The notes under the pieces are model-generated. The model searched no databases. It saw only the letters and a list, made by a program, of their open reading frames with translations, and was not told where the DNA came from. DNA of 33,691 nt from an uncultured Planctomycetales bacterium (GTDB taxonomy: Bacteria; Omnitrophota; Gorgyraeia; Gygaellales; Profunditerraquicolaceae). The stretch covers positions 1 to 33,691 of the forward strand of contig CAYHRM010000002.1 in assembly GCA_964359035.1 (NCBI GenBank), written 5' to 3'. The first letter of the stretch is position 1. Every line of letters starts with the position of its first letter. The translations under genes and the position numbers were made by a program. Shown piece by piece: positions 24,579 to 30,924 of the stretch.

Positions 24579-25889
24579 ATGGGGAATTTTACGAGGCTAA
24601 TGATAAATAAAAAAGGAGCCGCGCTAATTACTGTTTATATGGTGGTCGCGGTATTGATGGCTTTCGGTGGGTTTGTGATTGATGTAAGTAATTCTCAAAA
24701 TAAAACCGCCAGTACTTTTAAGAGACAAGCGCAGGTAATCAATATTGCAGAAGCTGGGCTTGACCGAGGATTGGTTTGGTTGAGGACGCAAAGCAGTCCC
24801 CCGATAGGAAGCATTCCCAACATAAATCAGAATCTTCCTCCTACTGGCACTTCAATTGGCAGCTATACCGTGGTTTTTACAGATTTGGGTTCACCCGGAG
24901 GGGCTCCTAGTATAAGAAGATATCGTGTAAGATCTACCGGTACCGTGGGTTCGGTTTCTCAGGTTGTAACAAATTATCTGCAAGTAGATAATTATGCCCG
25001 GTATATTTGGTTTACTGATAGTGAAAGCTACCAGGGTACAAATGTTTGGTTCTGGGACCAGGACCATTTAAATGGGCCTACTCACACCAATGGACATTTT
25101 AATATCAAAGGCGATCCAATATTTGGAGGAGAGGTTCGCTCGGTCGATGATTACATTCGGTATTTTAATAATGGAGTCAATATTAATTCATCTAATTTAA
25201 GTAATCCTCCGCATGATTTACCGGATTTTCAAGATACAGTAACTTTAGGTTCAGATTCAATTAATATGCCTACGCAAGCTTTAAGTTTACGCGCTGCATC
25301 TACTGCCAGCGGTGGTCTCAGGCTTACCGGAAATACAACAGTTGTTTTAAATTCAAATGGCACGATGAATGTTACGAATAACAATCAAAGTCCGAAATGG
25401 AATAATAAGAATATGGCGTTGCCTGCTAATGGCGCACTTTTTGTAAATAGCGGCGATCTTACTATTTCTGGAGTTTTAAATGGGAGGCTTACTGTGGGGG
25501 CATCTCGTGATATTATTGTGCCCAGTAATATAATTTATGCTAATGATCCACGTATTAATCCAGCGTCTACGGATACTTTAGGCCTGATTGCGGAGTCTGA
25601 CGTTATGATCAGTAGAAGCGCGCCTACTAATTTAGAAATTGATGGTTCGATTATGGCTTTAAATACTTCATTTATGTTAGATGAATGGTGGACCAATGGG
25701 GCAAGAGGAACCCTTTCTGTTTTTGGAGGAATAATTCAGAAGCAAAGAGGGCCAGTGGGAACCTTTAGCGGGACAACTAAAGTATCTGGTTATTCCAAAA
25801 ATTATAATTATGATGCGCGGCTATTAAGTTCTCCGCCACCATTTGTCCCGACCACTGGAGATTATATAACATTATCCTGGGAGAATTAA
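24579..25889 (+). CDS. Large PilX-N/GspK-like minor pilin
   Basis: N-terminal KKGAALITVYMVVAVLMAF followed by IAEAGLDRG (PilX_N-like AEAG motif). 436 aa. The C-terminus ends LSWEN, like its paralog at 27496-28401. Confidence 0.65.
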   Translation: MGNFTRLMINKKGAALITVYMVVAVLMAFGGFVIDVSNSQNKTASTFKRQAQVINIAEAGLDRGLVWLRTQSSPPIGSIPNINQNLPPTGTSIGSYTVVFTDLGSPGGAPSIRRYRVRSTGTVGSVSQVVTNYLQVDNYARYIWFTDSESYQGTNVWFWDQDHLNGPTHTNGHFNIKGDPIFGGEVRSVDDYIRYFNNGVNINSSNLSNPPHDLPDFQDTVTLGSDSINMPTQALSLRAASTASGGLRLTGNTTVVLNSNGTMNVTNNNQSPKWNNKNMALPANGALFVNSGDLTISGVLNGRLTVGASRDIIVPSNIIYANDPRINPASTDTLGLIAESDVMISRSAPTNLEIDGSIMALNTSFMLDEWWTNGARGTLSVFGGIIQKQRGPVGTFSGTTKVSGYSKNYNYDARLLSSPPPFVPTTGDYITLSWEN

Positions 25890-26336
25890 GTGATGAAAAC
25901 TAAGTCGTTAATTATTTTATCTATATTTTTTTTGGCAGTGATAATCTTGAGTTTTTTAATTATCCAACAAAGCCAAAGGGCCGTATCTCTCTCGGAGAAG
26001 AAATATCTAATAACTGAGCAAGTAGAAAATAGAGCTCCGGCAGTTTATTCTGTGCCAGTAAGTCCCGCATTAATTACTAGGTTGCCTTCAGGGGGAAGCG
26101 GAATTACTATAATTAAAGCGCCTGCAATTAAACCAGAAGAAAAAAGCATTAGCGTCCCTAAAATAGCAGATAAAGCTGAAAATATTATAGCTAGCCAAAA
26201 TGTTGCACCTAGCCAAAATGTCGTATCAACTAATGAAGTTCAAAATTCCCCGCAGACTGGGATTACCATAACAGGAAAACGGCCTACTCCCAAAGAAGCT
26301 CAGGAAATGAACTCCAGCGGTATAGTTATGTATTAA
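25890..26336 (+). CDS. Hypothetical membrane-anchored low-complexity protein
   Basis: One N-terminal TM segment (LIILSIFFLAVIILSFLII), then a Ser/Pro/Ala/Asn-rich region. Start is GTG 25890 or ATG 25893. No counterpart in cassette 2. Confidence 0.5.
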   Translation: MMKTKSLIILSIFFLAVIILSFLIIQQSQRAVSLSEKKYLITEQVENRAPAVYSVPVSPALITRLPSGGSGITIIKAPAIKPEEKSISVPKIADKAENIIASQNVAPSQNVVSTNEVQNSPQTGITITGKRPTPKEAQEMNSSGIVMY

Positions 26337-26400
26337 ATAAAAGGAATAAAGTGACGAATAAAGTGACCGTTTCTATTTTTTTGCTCACGGTTAGTAAATT

Positions 26401-26478
26401 ATTTATAAGCTAAAGATGTGTTTTATTAAAATGGCATAGTTTTGTTGCCTTTTTTGAGGTATACTTTAGTTGCAGGTA
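26401..26478 (+). promoter_or_regulatory. Conserved upstream element, copy B (precedes pseudopilin cassette 2)
   Basis: ATTTATAAGCTAAAGATGTGTTTTATTAAAATGGCATAGTTTTGTTGCCTTTTTTGAGGTATACTTTA.... Contains a -10-like TATACT at 26460-26465. Confidence 0.6.
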
Positions 26479-26497
26479 AATAAGGTTAGGAGAAACA

Positions 26498-26884
26498 GTG
26501 AAGCTGACACGTAAAGGATTAACATTAATTGAGGTTATGGCTGGGGTGTGTATTTTATTGATCAGCATTTTAGCTGCGTTATCAGGATTCCTGGGGTCTA
26601 TGTTTTTGAATAATTCGAGTCATGATTTGACCACTGCAGTAAATGATGCGCAATATGTAATGGAGCAGATTAAGGGCTTAGATTACAATACTTGCACTCA
26701 GTATCTTCCGAGTGCTTGCTATGAATTACCGACATTTAATAATTTACCGGGGGTTGAGACAGTAACTTTTTATCCTGTCCCTACTTCAGTAGGTACTAAT
26801 CTTCGTAAGATAACTGTAAAAATTAGTTGGCAGGATAAAGGCCAGACAAGGAGTTTTTCACTTGCGTCGTATTTTGGTAGATAA
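26498..26884 (+). CDS. Prepilin-type pseudopilin (minor pilin)
   Basis: GTG start with AGGAG 5 nt upstream. RKG|LTLIEVMAGVCILLISIL class III signal. Confidence 0.8.
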   Translation: MKLTRKGLTLIEVMAGVCILLISILAALSGFLGSMFLNNSSHDLTTAVNDAQYVMEQIKGLDYNTCTQYLPSACYELPTFNNLPGVETVTFYPVPTSVGTNLRKITVKISWQDKGQTRSFSLASYFGR

Positions 26885-27482
26885 AAAAGGTATTAGTCTT
26901 ATTGAAATATTGTTGGTAACTGTAATTATCAGCATGCTGATGGGCGGTGTTTTTTATATCTTAAGCGTAGCGCAGTCCTTGCGTTTGGTTAGTACAGCAA
27001 AGGTCGAAGTGCAGTCAGAAGTAAGGCGGGCGATGGATTGGATAATTAATGATGTGCGTCAGACAGTTAGCTATAGTATTGGAGCCGGTGGGGCCAGTGG
27101 AAACGATCCTTTGAGTACGCATATTAAATTTAAAAAGGTTATTGATTATGATACATCAGGCAGTGGCTCGGCTTTATTTGGTAATTTTATAGAATATACT
27201 TATGATCCTAATGCAGGTACGATTACGCGCACAGATTTGGGTACTAATCAGAGTTGGATTTTTCGTGATATTGTTCTAAATGAGTCTCCGTTTGAGGCTG
27301 GGATTTTTTATACTAGGTTATCTAATGGTAATATTGTAGCGATAGATCCTGTGATTGCAGGAGATAATAGTCCGGTCTATCAGACCGGAAATTTAGTAAT
27401 CGTTATTAAAGGTCAGAAGCAGGCTAATGCTACAGTAAATGTAGATTATACTTTAAGGGAAGAAGTAAAGATTAGGAACTAA
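26862..27482 (+). CDS. Prepilin-type pseudopilin (GspJ/PulJ-like minor pilin)
   Basis: KKG|ISLIEILLVTVIISMLMGG. Overlaps the previous gene. Start is TTG 26862 or TTG 26874. Confidence 0.8.
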   Translation: MRRILVDKKGISLIEILLVTVIISMLMGGVFYILSVAQSLRLVSTAKVEVQSEVRRAMDWIINDVRQTVSYSIGAGGASGNDPLSTHIKFKKVIDYDTSGSGSALFGNFIEYTYDPNAGTITRTDLGTNQSWIFRDIVLNESPFEAGIFYTRLSNGNIVAIDPVIAGDNSPVYQTGNLVIVIKGQKQANATVNVDYTLREEVKIRN

Positions 27483-27495
27483 AAAGGTGCTAATT

Positions 27496-28401
27496 ATGAA
27501 TAATCGGGGAGCAATATTAATCTTTTCTCTTTTGGTTTCTGCGATTTTATCTATTTTATTAGCTGCTTTTTATCTTCAAAGTATTAGTGAAAATCAGCTT
27601 GCTACCAGATATGTGGATTCTACGCGGGCTCTTTGGTTGGCAGAGGCAGGGGTTGCTAAGGTCAAGGATGGTGTGGGTATAGCTGCTGCTAATGATAGTA
27701 GTTTTGATGGTAACCCTCGTCATACTTACAGTGCCGTTCCTACTCAAAAAGGAACAACAGCTTATTATGATGTAGTTTCTACGGGTACTGTAACCTCGCC
27801 CAGCGGTAGAATTATAATTCGTAGAGTAAATGCTACAATGAAGTTGACTCCGCCAAGCGCCTCGCAATTTCAATATGGTGTTGAGACGACAAGTAGTAAT
27901 TTGGATTATAAAGCTAAATGTATTGTGAATACGGAAAATCCAGCTAATGTCGCCAAAACAGATTCAACTCAGACTTTTAATAATCTCTTTGGTTTTAGCA
28001 AATCTGAAATGAAGGCGATATCTCAGGCGCAAGGAACTTATTTGAGTGGAAATTTTGGCAATACAATAAACGCAAGTGGAGTAACTTGGGTGGATGTAAA
28101 TCTAGGGGAAACGTTGGACATACAGCATTTAAATGGTAGTGGTATTGTTATAATAAATGGTAATTTCAAAGTTAATGGAGTTCCCTCTGATGGTTTTAAT
28201 GGGATACTTTATATTGTTGGACAATTACAGACATTGGGAAATTCCACAGTTAATGGTACCGTATTTGTGGAGAGTAGCGCAGAAGTAGGTGCGGATTTAA
28301 CTGGAAGTTCTTTAATAACATATAATTCTACTGAGATTTCTAGTGCTTTACTTGGAGTAGCCACTAAATCCATAGCTTCTTGGCGGGAAATTCAAGAATA
28401 A
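27496..28401 (+). CDS. PilX-N/GspK-like minor pilin
   Basis: MNNRGAILIFSLLVSAILSILLAAF followed by LAEAGVAKV. The C-terminus ends SWREIQE. The ATG at 27496 has AAGGTG upstream. The ORF track starts at GTG 27487. Confidence 0.65.
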   Translation: MNNRGAILIFSLLVSAILSILLAAFYLQSISENQLATRYVDSTRALWLAEAGVAKVKDGVGIAAANDSSFDGNPRHTYSAVPTQKGTTAYYDVVSTGTVTSPSGRIIIRRVNATMKLTPPSASQFQYGVETTSSNLDYKAKCIVNTENPANVAKTDSTQTFNNLFGFSKSEMKAISQAQGTYLSGNFGNTINASGVTWVDVNLGETLDIQHLNGSGIVIINGNFKVNGVPSDGFNGILYIVGQLQTLGNSTVNGTVFVESSAEVGADLTGSSLITYNSTEISSALLGVATKSIASWREIQE

Positions 28402-28430
28402 AGGTTGTAAAAAAATAGAACTATTAATTT

Positions 28431-28491
28431 CGGGGACACGACACTTAATTCTTATTTCAATATTAAGCTAGAATTAAGTGTCGTGTCCCCG
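28431..28491. repeat. Perfect inverted repeat with 21-bp arms and a 19-nt loop (probable strong hairpin or bidirectional terminator)
   Basis: CGGGGACACGACACTTAATTC (28431-28451) and GAATTAAGTGTCGTGTCCCCG (28471-28491). Lies 30 nt after the last pseudopilin gene. No T-tract follows it. Confidence 0.9.
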
Positions 28492-28500
28492 ATTCATGCA

Positions 28501-28529
28501 TTGACAACAAAACAGTTATGTTATACCAT
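28501..28529 (+). promoter_or_regulatory. Candidate promoter TTGACA-N17-TACCAT
   Basis: Perfect -35 immediately after the palindrome and about 60 nt upstream of the ATG at 28591. Confidence 0.35.
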
Positions 28530-28590
28530 GTTGTAGCGACGAGAATTAAGAAGTAACGACCACTACCGATTAAAGACGACAAAATTAAAT

Positions 28591-29361
28591 ATGCAAATAT
28601 TAAAATCCATTAAAGCGCAACTGGTTATTTATTTAGTTTGTTTTGCTATTTATTTAGCGATTAAAGATAAAAGTAGTATATTTTTATTGACTACTGGTTT
28701 TGCCGTATTTAGTGCCTTAAGCGTTGAATCTGTTATATTATATTTTAGAACTAAGGCCTGGAAGTTAACCACAAGCTCTATAATTACGGGTTTAATTGTT
28801 GGTTATGTGCTTTCTAGCGATCAGGCGTGGTGGAAATTTTTTGCCGCTGGCGCATTGGCTATACTTTTTAAGTATTTAATTATTTTTAAGAAAAAACATA
28901 TTTTTAATCCTGCAGCTTTTGGTATTTTTCTGACGCTTATTTTATTCGGTGCCTCTACCCAATGGAAGGGAACATATATTTGGTATATTCTTTTACCAGG
29001 TGGTGTTTATTTTGCCCAAAAAATAGGTAAATTAAGAATAATTATTAGCTATTTTTTAGTTTTTTTTGTTTTATTTGGGGCCCAGGCTATTGTACAGAGA
29101 GTTCCTTTAGTTAATATTTTAGGTTATTTAAGTTATTTTTATATTTTTGTTATGATCATCGAGCCCAAGACATCTCCGGTTAAGCCCAGGGGGCAGATTA
29201 TTTTTGGAGCGGGAATTGCTGTTTTAATATTTATATTTACTGAATTAGGGGCGAGGTTTGATGTGGAGTTGTTTAGTTTATTGATTTTGAATATGGGAGT
29301 TTTATTGATAAATAATGGGACCGTTTCTATTTTTTTAAAAAATAGGGTGGTTAAAAAATAG
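28591..29361 (+). CDS. Stand-alone RnfD/NqrB-family polytopic membrane protein (short form)
   Basis: SSIITGLIVGYVLSS..AWWKFFAAGALAILFKYL....HIFNPAAFGIFL and IIEPKTSPVKPRGQIIFGAGIA parallel the RnfD motifs (TGLLLA..WW..., FNPA, DP.TSP...G..IFG). I saw no SGAT-type flavinylation motif. No other rnf or nqr genes are in the window. Confidence 0.6.
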   Translation: MQILKSIKAQLVIYLVCFAIYLAIKDKSSIFLLTTGFAVFSALSVESVILYFRTKAWKLTTSSIITGLIVGYVLSSDQAWWKFFAAGALAILFKYLIIFKKKHIFNPAAFGIFLTLILFGASTQWKGTYIWYILLPGGVYFAQKIGKLRIIISYFLVFFVLFGAQAIVQRVPLVNILGYLSYFYIFVMIIEPKTSPVKPRGQIIFGAGIAVLIFIFTELGARFDVELFSLLILNMGVLLINNGTVSIFLKNRVVKK

Positions 29362-29377
29362 AAACGGTCCCATTATT
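29311..29377. repeat. Perfect inverted repeat with 25-bp arms and a 17-nt loop, spanning the stop codon of the RnfD-like gene
   Basis: AATAATGGGACCGTTTCTATTTTTT (29311-29335) and AAAAAATAGAAACGGTCCCATTATT (29353-29377). The left arm encodes the C-terminal NNGTVSIF. The TAG stop (29359-29361) lies inside the right arm. Confidence 0.9.
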
Positions 29378-29398
29378 CCTATTATTTAGGAGGGTTGG

Positions 29399-29740
29399 AT
29401 GAAAAGAATAATATTGTTATTCGGATTTTTTGTTTTTTTTGTATTGAGCTCGGTAGCTTACGCCCATCCGCCTTCGGATATCAAGATAACATTTGATCCA
29501 AAAACAAAGATATTAAATGCGGTGATTATCCATGGGGTAAGTAATCCTAGTAAGCATTATATTAAGAAAGTTGATGTTGCTTTAAATGGAAAAGAAATAA
29601 TTGAGCAAAGTATTTCTCAGCAAGATAATTTCAATAATCAGACCGTTAGTTATTTTATTCCGGATATGAAGGACGGTGATTTGCTTTCCGTGGAAGGCTA
29701 TTGTAGTATAAGTGGTAAATTAGAGAAGCAGTTAAAATAA
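29399..29740 (+). CDS. Secreted small beta-rich protein resembling the superoxide reductase (desulfoferrodoxin/neelaredoxin) iron domain
   Basis: Signal peptide ending AYA|H. The pattern HPP...(22)...IIHG..NPSKHYIKKVDVAL...EGYCSISGKLE parallels SOR KHVP...PHP...HHI.YIEL...YCNIHGLWE as I recall it, but Ser replaces the last His ligand. Confidence 0.4.
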   Translation: MKRIILLFGFFVFFVLSSVAYAHPPSDIKITFDPKTKILNAVIIHGVSNPSKHYIKKVDVALNGKEIIEQSISQQDNFNNQTVSYFIPDMKDGDLLSVEGYCSISGKLEKQLK

Positions 29741-29756
29741 TAATTAAGGGGGTAAA

Positions 29757-30674
29757 ATGAACATATTTGTAGGTAATTTATCTTTTGAAGCTAAAGAAAT
29801 AGATGTGCAGCGGGCTTTTATGGCTTTTGGCGTGGTTACTTCTGTAGCCATTGTGATGGAAAAGAAAGGCAAAAAATCCCGGGGGTTTGGGTTTGTTGAG
29901 ATGCCTGATGAGCAGGAGGCGCTGGCGGCGATTGCTCAGTTGCAGGGTAAAGAAATTTTAGGCCGGCCGATTAATGTTACTCCGGCTTTATCTAAGGAGC
30001 CAAAAAGTGGAGCTGATGATAAAAGAAGTAAATATTCAGGCGGGGTTGGGGGCGATCATCAGGAAGGTTTTCGGCAGGGGTACAAAAAAAGTAATTCTAG
30101 GCATGATCCTTCTTTTCAGCGGACAGGAAAATATAAAGAAGGCCGCCGGTCGCTTAGTTATGTAAGGCAACGAACAGAGGCCGGGATTACTACTCCGGTT
30201 CCTGAACGTAGATATAAATCTAATCCGATGCGTTGGCTTAAGAAACCAAGAACGCAGGCACGTTTTGCTAAACCTGAAGGTGAACTTAAGCCTTGGCAGC
30301 GTCCTCAAACTGAATCTAATCCGTGGAAAAAACCTCGCTCTCAATCAGGCGCATGGAAAAAACCGGAAGGCGAACTTAAGCCTTGGCAGAAGCCACGCGG
30401 TGAAGCTGGGGCTTGGAAAAAAGCTGAAGGCGCATCTCGGCCTTGGAAAAAATCTACAACTGAATTTAAACCCTGGGAGAAAAACCGAGGTGGATCCAGG
30501 TCTTGGATCAAGTCAGAAAGTAGTGAAGCTAAGCCTTGGAAAAAAGCCGAAAGCACTGCATCGAGGCCTTGGAAAAAATCTACAACTGAAGCTAAACCTT
30601 GGCGTAAGAGTAGCGCTGATCGCCAGCAGTCTGGATTAAAAAAACGTAGCAGCTTTAGTAAATTGCGAAAATGA
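29757..30674 (+). CDS. RRM-domain RNA-binding protein with a long basic Trp-repeat tail
   Basis: RNP2 IFVGNL and RNP1 RGFGFVEM in the first ~78 aa. The tail has an aromatic residue every 10 residues (W160, F170, W180...W250), then W261, W272 and W282, in a KKP.....PW context. Confidence 0.85.
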   Translation: MNIFVGNLSFEAKEIDVQRAFMAFGVVTSVAIVMEKKGKKSRGFGFVEMPDEQEALAAIAQLQGKEILGRPINVTPALSKEPKSGADDKRSKYSGGVGGDHQEGFRQGYKKSNSRHDPSFQRTGKYKEGRRSLSYVRQRTEAGITTPVPERRYKSNPMRWLKKPRTQARFAKPEGELKPWQRPQTESNPWKKPRSQSGAWKKPEGELKPWQKPRGEAGAWKKAEGASRPWKKSTTEFKPWEKNRGGSRSWIKSESSEAKPWKKAESTASRPWKKSTTEAKPWRKSSADRQQSGLKKRSSFSKLRK

Positions 30675-30916
30675 AATTAAAGCTTAATCTTTTTCCGGTC
30701 GTACCGGATATGGAAGAGAAGATTGCCGCTATTTTACAGGAGGCGGTGGCTGGCCGCGCCAGTATTGTTGAGATCGCTTATGGGACAGCTGCGGAGAGCG
30801 TAAAGAAGCGCATCCTTAATTTTTTAAATAAAAAAGAAAATCGCCAGCTTTATTCCCGGTTAGAAAAAACTGATAAAGGCTGGGGGAGAATTTATTTACA
30901 TTTTAGATGGAAGTAA
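30671..30916 (+). CDS. Small Smr-like domain protein (tentative)
   Basis: 81 aa. The pattern ...ASIVEIAYGTAAESVKKRILNFL......GWGRIYLHF loosely follows the Smr pattern (v.iIhGkG...L+..v..wL....GG.G...v). ATGA overlap with the RRM gene. Confidence 0.4.
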   Translation: MKLKLNLFPVVPDMEEKIAAILQEAVAGRASIVEIAYGTAAESVKKRILNFLNKKENRQLYSRLEKTDKGWGRIYLHFRWK

Positions 30917-30924
30917 AATAGATT

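Noticed and set aside
26432-26448. Sigma-54-like TGGCAT...TTGC inside conserved upstream element B
   Set aside because: The GG-to-GC spacing is 2 nt longer than the fixed -24/-12 spacing, and copy A has TAGCAT instead of TGGCAT.
29974-30639. ORFs overlapping the RRM gene tail (29974-30165 +, 30265-30639 +, 30036-30344 -, 30341-30556 -)
   Set aside because: They are by-products of the ~30-nt periodic repeat, which keeps several frames open. Only the RRM frame has a start, an SD context and a recognisable domain.
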